A DNA stretch of 64,000 nt from Eledone cirrhosa (GCA_964016885.1 OZ024754.1:10726001-10790000); one strand, 5' to 3'; shown: positions 27,263 through 44,843, counted from the first letter of the stretch. The notes: generated by a model from the sequence alone, not told the origin. Program-made: numbers and translations.

Positions 27263-27522
27263 CAGGCATGTCCAACATGCGGCCTGCGGGCCACATGTCC
27301 AACATGCGGCCCATGGGTCACATGCAGCCCCTTAGAAGCATACCTGCTTTGTGGCCTGCACAAAGGTTTTTACTGCACAAGCATTATCTTCGTAAGTTTT
27401 ATCTTCGTAATATAAAATTTAATAAATTTGTTGTAATGTATGCAATTAGTTGTCGTGTGTGGTCCTCAGACAACACATGTGACACATGTGGCCCTTGGGC
27501 GACCCTCAGTTTGACATGCCTG
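27263..27522. mobile_element. hAT-type MITE
   Basis: TIR CAGGCATGTCCAAC / GTTTGACATGCCTG, with TSD TTCTACAA/CTCTACAA. Confidence 0.82.
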
Positions 27523-27689
27523 CTCTACAAGATAGGAATCTTGTGGCTCCATACTACCAAATACTCATTCTCTCTTATATACACACATGTATACATCAGG
27601 TTCGAACATAAAAGAACCAAACTAAACTCCCACTGCCTCCGTCTCACCGCTCTCCCCATCTATCACAATGGTGAGCAGAGCAAACGGGA

Positions 27690-27955
27690 AGGGAGGGGGG
27701 CACGTGATGGCCGCCTCGTGGTTCCGGTGGACAGAATAGAGGATGGTGATGTGCTGGAAGAGCCGTTCCAGTTCGCGAAGCTCACACCTGTGGGAAGCCA
27801 GCCCTGTGCCGATGGTCATGAGCAGGAAGGTGGCCCTAGAGTCAAGGACACCAGAAGTCTCCACTGCCACGTGCTCAACTGCAAACCTATTGGAGAGCGA
27901 CCGATATTTCGAGAGTTTACCCGCCTCAGCCCAGAGTGCAGCAGAGCCTGGGTTA
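27690..27955 (-). mobile_element. CRE-like non-LTR retrotransposon remnant (C-terminal restriction-like endonuclease region)
   Basis: Reads PGSAALWAEAGKLSKYRSLSNRFAVEHVAVETSGVL…LFQHITI, fitting the K..KY…P.AVET.G pattern of RLE domains. Confidence 0.7.
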
Positions 27956-29236
27956 GTTACATAACCAAGATTATTTCCACTATTTTCAGGTTGAAGAAAA
28001 CACTACATAAGATTAACATTATCTCAGTTGGTAATTAAAGAAAATTCAAGTTGGCTTTCAGTCCTACAATTTCAATCTGTAAATTTAGTTAAGATTCTCC
28101 TCTTTCAGTTGTTTATAGTTGGACCTAAAAGAAAACCTCATGTATGGGAGGTGGGGAGGTGAAAATAAAAAAGGGCTAATGGGTAAAGAGCCTTGTACAA
28201 CTTAGATTTAGTAAAAATGTGGGAGAACAGAGCATAAAAATTACCCTCCCCACAAAAATATGTAGAAGAGATAAAGTCGTCGTTTTTAGCAATCCGATGG
28301 AAGTCATATAATATATGACTATAGAAAAAAAATTAAGGAACGGTCAATTTATTAAAAATAAACTCCATTTCCTATAATTATTTGATACGAAACAGACGTT
28401 TATAATGTTTAAATCAAAAATCAGGAAAACGTTAGTATAGTAGTAAAGAGGTAAGTGGAAGATAGCAAACGAAGGAAGAATGAAAGACGAAAGAGTTGAG
28501 GGAGTGATGTAGAAATTTAGAGAAACGTAGAGGGGGGGAAACTACAAGAGTTATTTATTTGGCAGGAAGTCAGCCAGTTAGGCTGTTAAGATTTCGATAG
28601 CTCCTTTATACCAATAAACATACAAGACCTTCACTTTCACAACCGATATCAACAACCTCAACATAATAGTCGATTTGAAATTGTTAACAGAAATAATTCA
28701 ATGTTTTTAGTTTCAGATTCCAACCATTCTCATCCAACAGGAAGTAGCTGATGTACCACTTCCTGTCTCTGGAATGGCTTTCCTAACAGAGTTTAATTCT
28801 TCATCGTGACCAATTATATATATTTTTAATAATGTACTCGCGTAACTAAATATCAAATTAAAACACAGAACACTACTTGAATTAAATAGAACCACAGATT
28901 AACCAGTTTTAAAAATAAATATATCATAAGACAAACCAAAAACTGCTGCTATAGAAGCGAAGTTGACTAAAATAAATATTTGATTAAGGTATTGCTGCCA
29001 ATATTCTACCGGAAACACAGCTTCTACATTTATTAAGAATTCCTCACGTAAATTACACAAACACACCCCTACTATATATATATAAGTAGAGAGTGCGATA
29101 TAGGTGTACAACCCAGAAAAAATATAACTGATATTTTAACGAAAGAAATATATTATTAAATAATTTTATTACATTTTAAAGACAAATATACGTAAAATAA
29201 AAAAAAAGCTGCGAGATTCTCCAGAATACATCATAA

Positions 29237-29291
<55 letters not shown>

Positions 29292-29349
29292 CTCTATAAC
29301 GTGTTCCAGCAGAGAGGCTGAGCGGTACCGCCATATATATATATATATT

Positions 29350-29381
<32 letters not shown>

Positions 29382-31554
29382 CAGGAAGAACTCTGAGAAT
29401 GTATCAGATGGGCTGTACCTTGCACCATATTAGAGAGGGTGGTACAGAATTATTTACTAGAGAGAGAGACGGGGAGAAAGAGCAGGCATACAGATCGACA
29501 ATAACATAAGTAATACAACATGATTCGGCTGCCATAATAGTGTCACCGATACTAACGAATCTGGGTGAGAGAGAAGAATGAAAATATAATCAACTACAGA
29601 ACAAGGGATGGAGCTAAATATACTTATGGTCATTTACAATGGACTTTCTAGTGTGTTTGTGTGTGTGTATGTACGTAAGTGCGAGTATGTCAATTTTCAG
29701 ATAGAACACACACTTGAAAATGATAATTAAAAACAGCCCCTCCCCGCGCCAGATAAAAATGCGACATTAATTATTAATGAGCAGATATAAAAAATAACAT
29801 GTTTTTCAAAAAACTACATAGACGAGGAAATGTCACTAAAAAATATTTCGCTATTATGAAATATTGTCAATAACTGAAACTAGTAAATAGCAAATATCCC
29901 ACCAAAGGTAGCTATACACACGTATATTTATATATACACACACACACACGTATATTTATATATACACACACATGTGTATATATATATATATATATACACA
30001 CATGTATATATATATATATACATATACACACATGTATATATATACACACACATGTATATATATACACACACATGTATATATATATATACACACATGTATA
30101 TATATATATACACACATGTATATATATATATACACACATGTATATATATATATACACACATGTATATATATACACACACATGTATATATATACACACACA
30201 TGTATATATATACACACACATGTATATATATACACACACATGTATATATATACACACACATGTATATATATACACATGTATATATATACACACACATGTA
30301 TATATATATACACATGTATATATATATACACATGTATATATATATACACATGTATATATATACACATGTATATACATACACATGTATATATATATATATA
30401 CACATGTATATATATATATATACACATGTATATATATATATACACATGTATATATATATACATACACATATATACATGCACATGTATATATATATACATG
30501 CACATGTATATATATATAGATACACGTATATATATATACATACACATGTATATATATATATACACACACATGTATATATATACACACACATGTATATATA
30601 TACACACACACATGTATATATATACACACACACATGTATATATATACACACACATGTATATATATACACACACATGTATATATATACACACACATGTATA
30701 TATATATATACACACATGTATATATATACACACATGTATATATATATACACATGTATATATATATACACATGTATATATATATATATACACATGTATATA
30801 TACACACATGTATATATATATATACACATGTATATATACACACATGTATATATATATATATATATACACATGTATATATACACACGTGTATATATATATA
30901 TATATATATACACATGTATATATACACACGTGTATATATATATATATATATACACATGTATATATACACACATGTGTATATATATATATTTATATATACA
31001 CATGTATATATACACACATGTGTATATATATATATATATACACATGTATATATACACACATGTGTATATATATATATATATATACACATGTATATATACA
31101 CACATGTGTATATATATATATATATACACATGTATATATACACACATGTGTATATATATATATATATACACATGTATATATACACACATGTGTATATATA
31201 TATATATATATACACATGTATATATACACACATGTGTATATATATATATATATATATACACATGTATATATACACACATGTGTATATATATATATATATA
31301 TATACACATGTATATATACACATGTATATATATATATACACATGTATATATATATATATATATATACATATACACACATGTATATATATATATACACATA
31401 TACACACATGTATATATATATATACACATATACACATGTATATATATATACATATATACACATGTATATATATATATATACATATATACACATGTATATA
31501 TATATATACACTTATACACATGTATATATATATATATATACACATATATACACA

Positions 31555-31610
<56 letters not shown>

Positions 31611-31719
31611 CATACGTATATATATATATACATACGTATATATATATATACATACGTATATATATATATACATACGTATATATATATATACATACGTATA
31701 TATATATATATATATATAC

Positions 31720-31767
<48 letters not shown>

Positions 31768-31805
31768 ATATATATATATATATATACACATGTATATATA
31801 TATAT

Positions 31806-33998
31806 AACTTTGAATAACTTTGAAATGTTTTGGCCAGTATTGGCCCAGGCCATGTCTAACTTAATAGCACCACCTGGCGAAGTCTTTCAATTCAGGATTT
31901 GGGCACCATGGCCCATTCGAGAAGAGAATTACTGTTTGCGGAGACATATCCGGGTGTGGGTGGTTTGTCCGGGATTACTTGGAGGAATTTGTCCAAAGAC
32001 TTCTTGAATTTTGTGTGGTCAGTTTCTGTTTTGACGTGACCTGGTGTGATGTTGAAGAGAGCAGGGCCGATTGAGGTGAAATAATTGTGCCGTATTGTTG
32101 TTATGAGTTGCGATTTAGATTTTTGAATGGGACGGATAGCACGGGGCCCAAGCCTTGGGTGTATCTTGAAGGCGATGCCAACATCATTTGGGCAGTGATG
32201 ATGGAACATTTTCCACATCATGCAGATAATATAACGCTCACGGCGACGTTGGAGTGAGTAAAGTTTCAGGTTTTCTAATCGACCCCAGTAGTCAAGGTCT
32301 GACATGCCATCTATCTTTTTCGTGATTGCCCTTTGAGGAGCTTCAAGTTTCATGATACTTTGTTTCGTGTGGGGAGACCACAGTGGACAACAGTATTCAA
32401 GGTGTGGTCGGGCAAAAGTAGAGAAGAGAAGGATAATGGTGCGGGAATCTCTCGAGTGGAAGGTTCTGAGGATCCAGGAACACATTCTGCGGGCCATGTC
32501 AACTTTGCTGCTTATATGCGTGGTCCAGCTTATGTTGCTGTCCACAGTTACTCCCAAGTCTCTGATGTTGTTAGATGCCACGAGAGTTTCCCCGGAGGGA
32601 AGGGAGTACGGGAGTTTCAGAGCATCCTCTTTTCCAAAGTGGATCAGTTCGAATTTGTCTTCGTTCAGTAACATGTTGTTCTTTTCTGCCCATTGGGTAA
32701 CAGCCAGTAGGTCTGACTGAAGGCTTATCCGGTCATCCACGCCATTGATGACCTTTTGGAGCTTGGAATCATCAGCGAAAATTTTAATGTTGCTGTGTTT
32801 GATGATGTCAGTGATGTCATTAATATAGATGATGAAGAGAAGTGGGCCCAACACAGTGCCTTGTGGGACCCCACTACTGACTTTGGCTGGGCTTGATTTG
32901 ACTCCCTCAACTACAACATGTTGGGTTCTGTTTGACAGGAAGCTCTTGATCCACTGCAGCAGCTTTCCAGTGACACCAATATTGGACAGCTTTCTCAGTA
33001 GAATGTTATGATCAACCCTGTCAAAGGCCTTGCTGAAATCAAGGTAGATAACATCAGTGTTGGAACCCTCTCCCAAGGCTCTCAAAATGTCATCAAAGTG
33101 ATGCAGTAGCTGCGTCAGGCAATCCCTTCCATTACGGAATCCATGCTGGTTGGAGTTCAGCATATTGTTACTCTCAAGGAAGTGGGTCATTCGCGATCTC
33201 ACCACTCGCTCAAATACCTTAATGATATGAGAGGTGAGTGAGATTGGACGGTAATTCACGGCAAGGGATTTGTTTCCCTTTTTGAAAACTGGGACAACAG
33301 ACTGGGATAGAAGGTTTTCTGGCACATATCCAGCATCCAGTGAGTTCCGCCACAGATTGGCAAGAGGAGATGCAAGTTGGTGTTGACACGCCTTCAAGAC
33401 ACAAGCAGGGAACCTATCGGGACCTACTGCTGAATTATGCTTGATTTCCTTTATTGCCGCCAAGACATCAGGGGCGCCAAACGTTATGTCCGATAAGGTG
33501 TAATGGGGAGTAACATCGCCGATACAGCCCAGATCGGCCATATCAGGATTGCTGAAAACAGAGCAGTATTGTTTCTGCAGTATCTCACCCATGGTTTTAG
33601 CATTGTCTTGAAGAGTGCCATTTTCATCAATTAGAGGGCCAACAGTAGAGCCAGTGATTTTGTGTTTTTTTGCAAATGAAAAGAACACTTTGGGATTGAG
33701 TTTGATCTTCTCAATGGCCCAGGCCTCTTCAGCTCTTCTCTGATTGTTGATGAGGGACATTATGTTGTTTTGGAGGTTATGTTTTTTAATCTCTAGTGAT
33801 GAAATGGCAGTCAAGTTGATGTGTTGCTGCTGACAGTATTTCAGCTTGTTGATTTTTTTGTTCGTTCTCTTAATTTTTCTGATGAGCGTTTTTCTATTTC
33901 TAGGATTCTGCTCTTAGATTTGTTTATAGTTAAAATGGGGTGTGTTTATGCACATATGTTTGTAACAGTGTCCACAAATGTCTGCAGGACTTGTTGAT
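31806..33998 (-). mobile_element. 5'-truncated non-LTR retrotransposon (CR1/L2 group) inserted in the TA microsatellite
   Basis: RT ORF, short 3'UTR and a (TTCAAAGTTA)2 tail joined to (TA)n. No endonuclease domain, and the frame breaks near 33900. Confidence 0.92.
31892..33814 (-). CDS. LINE ORF2 reverse transcriptase (N-terminally truncated, 640 aa open)
   Basis: Motifs [48 protein letters not shown] and [13 protein letters not shown]. The frame stays open upstream of the TTG (…RKIKRTNKKINKLKY…). Confidence 0.9.
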   Translation of the reverse strand: MTAISSLEIKKHNLQNNIMSLINNQRRAEEAWAIEKIKLNPKVFFSFAKKHKITGSTVGPLIDENGTLQDNAKTMGEILQKQYCSVFSNPDMADLGCIGDVTPHYTLSDITFGAPDVLAAIKEIKHNSAVGPDRFPACVLKACQHQLASPLANLWRNSLDAGYVPENLLSQSVVPVFKKGNKSLAVNYRPISLTSHIIKVFERVVRSRMTHFLESNNMLNSNQHGFRNGRDCLTQLLHHFDDILRALGEGSNTDVIYLDFSKAFDRVDHNILLRKLSNIGVTGKLLQWIKSFLSNRTQHVVVEGVKSSPAKVSSGVPQGTVLGPLLFIIYINDITDIIKHSNIKIFADDSKLQKVINGVDDRISLQSDLLAVTQWAEKNNMLLNEDKFELIHFGKEDALKLPYSLPSGETLVASNNIRDLGVTVDSNISWTTHISSKVDMARRMCSWILRTFHSRDSRTIILLFSTFARPHLEYCCPLWSPHTKQSIMKLEAPQRAITKKIDGMSDLDYWGRLENLKLYSLQRRRERYIICMMWKMFHHHCPNDVGIAFKIHPRLGPRAIRPIQKSKSQLITTIRHNYFTSIGPALFNITPGHVKTETDHTKFKKSLDKFLQVIPDKPPTPGYVSANSNSLLEWAMVPKS

Positions 33999-34562
33999 GT
34001 ATAGTATATACAGACTTACATAGACTTACAAACATATATATATACAAACATATATATAACAAACATATATATAGACAGATACTTACATACATATATATAC
34101 ATATACATACATACATACATATACATACATACATACATATACATATATAATATTATATGTACATATATATATATGTACATATATACATATATATATATAT
34201 ATATGTACATATATACATATATATATAACATATATATACATATACATATATATATATACATATATATATATACATATATATAATATATATATACATATAT
34301 ATACATATATATATATACATATATATATATACATATATATACATATATATATATACATATATATATATACATATATATATTACATATATATATATACATA
34401 TACATATATATATATACATATACATATATATGTACATATATGTATATACATATATATATATATACATATATATATATACATATATATATATATACATATA
34501 TATACATATATATATATATACATATATATATATACATATATATATATATACATATATATATG

Positions 34563-34593
<31 letters not shown>

Positions 34594-34594
34594 G

Positions 34595-34660
<66 letters not shown>

Positions 34661-34736
34661 TACATATATACATATATATATATATACATATATATATATA
34701 CATATATATATACATATACATATATAATATATATAC

Positions 34737-34785
<49 letters not shown>

Positions 34786-34829
34786 CATATATATATATAC
34801 ATATATATATATACATATATATATATACG

Positions 34830-34916
<87 letters not shown>

Positions 34917-34933
34917 CATAAATATATATATAC

Positions 34934-34997
<64 letters not shown>

Positions 34998-35155
34998 GTA
35001 CTATATATATATACAAATATATATATTATGTACATATATATATATACAAATATATATATATATGTACATATATTATATATACAAATATATATATATTTGT
35101 ACATATATATATATATATTACATATATATATATACAAATATATATATATATGTAC

Positions 35156-35186
<31 letters not shown>

Positions 35187-35252
35187 CATATATATACATA
35201 TACATATATATATATATACATATATATATATAACATATATATATATATGTAC

Positions 35253-35283
<31 letters not shown>

Positions 35284-35443
35284 CATATATATATATATGT
35301 ACATATATATATATACATGTACATATATATATATACATGGTACATATATATATATACATGTACTTATATATATATATACATATATATATATACATATATA
35401 CATGTACATATATATATATACATATATATATATACATATATAC

Positions 35444-35530
<87 letters not shown>

Positions 35531-35693
35531 CATATATATATACATATATATATACTATATATACATATATATATACATATATATATATACATATATATAT
35601 ACATATATATATATATATACATATATTATATATATACATATATATATATATACATATATATACATATACATATATACATATACATATATATAT

Positions 35694-36127
35694 AACTTTG
35701 AATAACTTTGAAATGTTTTGGCCAGTATTGGCCCAGGCCATGTCTAACTTAATAGCACCACCTGGCGAAGTCTGTCCAATTCAGGATTTGGGCACCATGG
35801 CCCATTCGAGAAGAGAATTACTGTTTGCGGAGACATATCCGGGGTGTGGGTGGTTTGTCCGGGATTACTGTGGAGGAATTTGTCCAAAGACTTCTTGAAG
35901 GTTGGTGGGTCAGGTTCTGTTTGACGTGGTCCTGGTGTGATGTTGAAGAGAGCAGGGCCGAGTGAGGTGAAATATTTGGGCCGGATTGTTGTTGAGGAGT
36001 TGCGATTTAGATTTTTGAATGGGACGGAGAGCACGGGGCCCAAGCCTTGGGTGTAGCTGGTAGGCGATGGCCAACATCATTGGCAGTGATGATGGAACAT
36101 TTTGCCACATCATGCAGATAATATAAC
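35694..36127 (-). mobile_element. Second, short 3'-end copy of the same LINE
   Basis: Aligns by eye to 31806-32237, with the same tail and the same TA junction. Mismatches increase towards 36127. Confidence 0.85.
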
Positions 36128-36843
36128 ATATACAGTAGTATATACATATAGATACGAGTATACATAGTGAGTAGATAGTGATAGAGTGTATATGTGCATG
36201 TGTCTGTATGCTGTAGAGTATGCTATACAGAGTACATATATACATATACATATATACATATGACATATATACATATATATATATGAGTACAGTGAGTGAT
36301 GATAGTATAGTGATGTGTGTACAGACATATAGAGAGATGAGCTGATATAGAGTGATAGTAGTGAGTGAGTGAGTACACATATAGTGAGATAGTATACATA
36401 GAGTGATGAGTACACAGTATAGAGTACATATATACAGAGTAGTATATGAGCAGTATAGAGAGTAGTAGTATACATATATATAGTACCAGAGTATAGTGAG
36501 AGTATATGAGTATGACTGTATACATATAATACATATATATACATATATATATATACATATATATATATACATGTGAGTGTGTGATAGTACAAGAGTATAG
36601 TATGTACAGTATTAGAGATACAGTACTAGTAGTGTATATACATATTATATACATACATATATTATACATATATATACATACATATATACATATATATACA
36701 TATATATACATATATATATATACATATATACATAGTATATACATATAGATACAGTGATAGATATATACATTATATACATATATATACATACATATATATA
36801 TTATATATATATACATTATATATATATACATATATATACATAC

Positions 36844-36874
<31 letters not shown>

Positions 36875-37107
36875 CATATATATATATACATATATATATA
36901 TACATATATATATACATATATATATACATATATATATATATACATACATATACATATATATATATATACATATATATACATATATATATATATACATATA
37001 TATATATATGACATATATATATACATATACATACATATATATACATATACATACATAACATATATACATATATATACATATACATATATACATATACATA
37101 TATATAC

Positions 37108-37146
<39 letters not shown>

Positions 37147-37212
37147 CATATATATACATATATAATATATATACATATATAAATATACATATATATACAT
37201 ATATATATATAC

Positions 37213-37265
<53 letters not shown>

Positions 37266-37288
37266 CATATATATACATATACATATAC

Positions 37289-37319
<31 letters not shown>

Positions 37320-37320
37320 C

Positions 37321-37369
<49 letters not shown>

Positions 37370-37442
37370 CATATATATACATATATACATATATATACAT
37401 ATATACATATACATATATACATATACATATATATATATATAC

Positions 37443-37473
<31 letters not shown>

Positions 37474-37492
37474 CATATATATACATATATAC

Positions 37493-37591
<99 letters not shown>

Positions 37592-37636
37592 CATATACAT
37601 ATATATATACATATACATATATACATATACATATAC

Positions 37637-37785
<149 letters not shown>

Positions 37786-37790
37786 CATAC

Positions 37791-37849
<59 letters not shown>

Positions 37850-38300
37850 CACATATATATATATACACATATATATACATATATACATATATATATATAT
37901 ACATATATATACATATACATATACATATATACATATATATATATACACATATATATACATATATACATATATATATATATACATATATATACATATACAT
38001 ATACATATATACATATATACATATATATACATATATACATATATATACATATATACATATATACATATATATACACATATATATATATATACATATATAC
38101 ATATATACACATATATATATATATATATATACATATGTATATATATATATGTATGTATATATATATATGTATATATATATACATATATATATACATATAT
38201 ATATATACATATACATATATATATACATATATATATATACATATACATATATATATACATATACATATATATATACATATATATATACATATATATATAC

Positions 38301-38333
<33 letters not shown>

Positions 38334-38376
38334 CATATATATATACATATATATATACATATACATATATATATAC

Positions 38377-38411
<35 letters not shown>

Positions 38412-38430
38412 CATATATATATACATATAC

Positions 38431-38643
<213 letters not shown>

Positions 38644-38813
38644 CATATATATATACATATATATTATACATATATATATATACATATATATATATACATA
38701 TATATATATACATATATATATATACATATATATATATACATATATATATATACATATATATATATATACATATATATATATACATATATATATATATACA
38801 TATATATATATAC

Positions 38814-38844
<31 letters not shown>

Positions 38845-39016
38845 CATATATATATACATATATATATACATATATATATATATACATATATATATACATA
38901 TATATATATATACATATATATATACATATATATATATATATACATACATATATATATATACATATATATATATATACATACATACATATATACATACATA
39001 CATACATATATATATA

Positions 39017-39606
39017 TGGTGGCTGCCAACTCGTTTTCGAGTACGGCCACTACTTTACATCCATGTAGGATAACCCCTACCGAAGCGCTGAACGAGTGTG
39101 ACTTTTTAGTCCAGCCAGCGACTTGAAACCTCTGGTACAAACACTACACCTGTGACAATTATTGACACATAGTGCTAGGCCCATGGTAGGACAATTATTG
39201 ACACATAGTGCTGGGCCCATGTGAGGACAAGTGCAGAGAGATCTCCAGATATAAAGCAATGCCTGTGCCGTGAAGCTTTTATAGTGAGCAAAGGCACTGC
39301 ACAAAGCCAGTCCCACTCTCTTAACCAAGATGCTATTTACCAAAAAGAAGAACAAGTCAACATCATTGGATACCATCAGGGTTGCAGGTGTTAGATCAGA
39401 GTTTCCTTCTCCTAGAATTCTGCCTTGACTAAGGCTAAAGGGGTCATCTCTCCCGGTGATTTTGGATGGCCATTGACTCTTAAGAGCTCCTTTGCCTTTG
39501 ACAGGTTTTGTTTTTAGTCCTGCAGGATGTCCAAAGTCACCCTCCTCACCAAGAAACCTTGGTGGGGTTGCCAGTTTAGTCGCCAACGACCCGACCATGA
39601 GACAGG
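39017..39606 (-). mobile_element. Non-autonomous RTE-like element (5'UTR-like part fused to an ORF 3' end) in the TA tract
   Basis: GC-richer island flanked by TA repeats on both sides. Ends in [19 protein letters not shown], resembling the C-terminal zinc-finger-like motif of some RTE ORFs. Internal ~36-bp duplication at 39155-39220. Confidence 0.6.
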
Positions 39607-39742
39607 TTTATACATATATATATACATACATACTATATATACATATTATATACATACTATATATATATACATATATATATATATACATACATACATATAT
39701 ACAAATATACATATATATATATACATATATATATATACATAC

Positions 39743-39805
<63 letters not shown>

Positions 39806-39918
39806 CATATATATATATACATATATACATATATATATACATATATATATATATACATATATACATATATATATACAATATATATATACATATATATATA
39901 TATATACATATATATACA

Positions 39919-39954
<36 letters not shown>

Positions 39955-39987
39955 CATATATACATATATACATATACATATATATAC

Positions 39988-40022
<35 letters not shown>

Positions 40023-40152
40023 CATATATATATAATATATATACATATATACATATATACATATATATACATATATATATATATATACTTATATATATAT
40101 ATATATACATATATATACATATACATATATATACATACATATATATATATAC

Positions 40153-40206
<54 letters not shown>

Positions 40207-40208
40207 AC

Positions 40209-40262
<54 letters not shown>

Positions 40263-40264
40263 AC

Positions 40265-40374
<110 letters not shown>

Positions 40375-40555
40375 ACATATATATACATACATATATATAC
40401 ATCATTATATATATACACATATATACATACATACATATATATATATACACATATATACATACATATAATATATACACATATATATATACACATATATATA
40501 TACACATATATATATACACATATATATATACATATATGTATATATATATATATAC

Positions 40556-40604
<49 letters not shown>

Positions 40605-40622
40605 CATATATATATAATATAC

Positions 40623-40735
<113 letters not shown>

Positions 40736-40786
40736 CACATATATATATACACATATATATACATATATGTATATATATATATATAC

Positions 40787-40869
<83 letters not shown>

Positions 40870-40870
40870 C

Positions 40871-40951
<81 letters not shown>

Positions 40952-41018
40952 CATATATATATACACATATATATATATATATACATATATATATAACATA
41001 ATATACACATATATATAC

Positions 41019-41049
<31 letters not shown>

Positions 41050-41142
41050 CATATATATATACATATATATATATACATATATACATATATATATATACAT
41101 ATATATATACATATATATACATACATATATATATACATATAA

Positions 41143-41173
<31 letters not shown>

Positions 41174-41182
41174 CATATATAT

Positions 41183-41215
<33 letters not shown>

Positions 41216-41515
41216 TATATACATACATATATATACATATATACATATATATATATACATATATACATATATATAATACATATATACATATATATACATA
41301 TATATATATACATATATACATATATATACATTATATATATATATACATATATACATATATATACATACATATATATATTTATATATACATATATATATAT
41401 ACATATATATATATACATATATATATACATATATACATACATATACATATATATATATATACATATATATACATATATATATATATACATATATATACAT
41501 ATATATATATATAGC

Positions 41516-41570
<55 letters not shown>

Positions 41571-41591
41571 CATATTACATATAATATATAC

Positions 41592-41643
<52 letters not shown>

Positions 41644-41681
41644 ACATATATACATATATACATATACATATATACATATAC

Positions 41682-41721
<40 letters not shown>

Positions 41722-41877
41722 ACATATATATACATATACATATACATATATATATATACATATATATATACATATATATATATATACATATATACATATA
41801 TATACATATATACATATACATATATATATATATACATATATATATACATATATATATATATACATATATACATATAC

Positions 41878-41934
<57 letters not shown>

Positions 41935-41961
41935 CATATATATATACATATATATATATAC

Positions 41962-42066
<105 letters not shown>

Positions 42067-42223
42067 CATATATATACATATACATATATATACATATATA
42101 TATACATATATATTACATATATACATATATACATATATATATATATACATATATATATACATATATATATATATATACATACATATACATATATACATAT
42201 ACATATATATATACATATACATA

Positions 42224-42273
<50 letters not shown>

Positions 42274-42292
42274 CATATATATACATATACAC

Positions 42293-42325
<33 letters not shown>

Positions 42326-42368
42326 CATATATATACATATACATATATACATATATATACATATACAC

Positions 42369-42401
<33 letters not shown>

Positions 42402-42429
42402 CATATATATACATATACATATATACATA

Positions 42430-42552
<123 letters not shown>

Positions 42553-42553
42553 C

Positions 42554-42584
<31 letters not shown>

Positions 42585-42616
42585 ATACATATATATATAC
42601 ATATATATATATATAC

Positions 42617-42711
<95 letters not shown>

Positions 42712-43001
42712 CACATATATATATATACACATATATATACATATTATACATATTAATACATATATATACATATATACATATAAATATATATACATATACA
42801 TATACACATATATACATATATATACATATATACATATATATATATATATACATATATACATATATATACACATATATATATATATATACATATATACATA
42901 TATACATATATATACACATATATAATATATATATATACATATATACACATATATATATATATAATATACATATGTATATATATATATGTATATATATATA
43001 C

Positions 43002-43038
<37 letters not shown>

Positions 43039-43050
43039 CATATATATTAC

Positions 43051-43081
<31 letters not shown>

Positions 43082-43184
43082 ATATACATATATATATACA
43101 TATATATATATACACATATATATATACATATATATATATACACATATATATATACATATATATATACATATACATATATATATA

Positions 43185-43215
<31 letters not shown>

Positions 43216-43258
43216 CATATATATATACATATATATATATATATACATATATATATAC

Positions 43259-43289
<31 letters not shown>

Positions 43290-43320
43290 CATATATATAT
43301 ACATATATATATACATATAA

Positions 43321-43373
<53 letters not shown>

Positions 43374-43439
43374 GTATATACATATATATATATATATACA
43401 TATATATATACATATATATATATATACATATATATACAA

Positions 43440-43475
<36 letters not shown>

Positions 43476-43691
43476 ACATATATATATACATTATATATAT
43501 ATACATATATATAATATAATATACATATATATATATATATATACATATATAAATACATATATATATATACACATATATATATACATATATATATACATAT
43601 ACATATATATATACATATATATATATATATACATATAATATACATATATATATACATATATATATACATATATATATACATATATATATAC

Positions 43692-43726
<35 letters not shown>

Positions 43727-44019
43727 CATATATATATACATATACATATATATATATATATACATATATATATACATATACATATATATATATATATACA
43801 TATATATATACATATACATATATATATATATATACATATATATATACATATACATATATACATATATATATACATATACATATATATATATATATACATA
43901 TATATATACTTATACATATATATATATATATACATATATATATACATATACATATATATATACATATATATATATACATATATATATACATATATATATA
44001 TATATACATATATATATAC

Positions 44020-44078
<59 letters not shown>

Positions 44079-44079
44079 C

Positions 44080-44134
<55 letters not shown>

Positions 44135-44555
44135 CATATTATATACATAAATATATATATACATATATATATACATATATATATACATATATATATACAT
44201 ACATATATACATACATATATAATATATATATATATATTAATATATATATACATATATATATATACATATATATATATATACATATACATATATATATATA
44301 TACATCATAGTATATATATACATATATATATATACATACATACATATATACATACATACATATACATACATACATACATATACATATATATATACATATA
44401 TATATACATATATATAACATATATATATACATATATATATATATACATATATATATATACATATATATATATCATATTACATATATATATACATATATAT
44501 ATAATTACATATATATATATACATAATATATATACATATATACATATATATATAC

Positions 44556-44586
<31 letters not shown>

Positions 44587-44647
44587 CATATATATACATA
44601 TATATACATATATACATATACATATATATACATACATATATATATAC

Positions 44648-44679
<32 letters not shown>

Positions 44680-44843
44680 TATATATACACATATATACAT
44701 ACATACATATATATATATACACATATATACATACATATATATATATACACATATATACATACATATATATATACACATATATATATACACATATATATAT
44801 ACATATATATATACATATATATATATACATATATATATACATA

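Noticed and set aside
27268-28038. 256-aa + strand ORF
   Set aside because: It spans a hAT MITE and the antisense strand of the CRE-like remnant, so it is a chance open frame.
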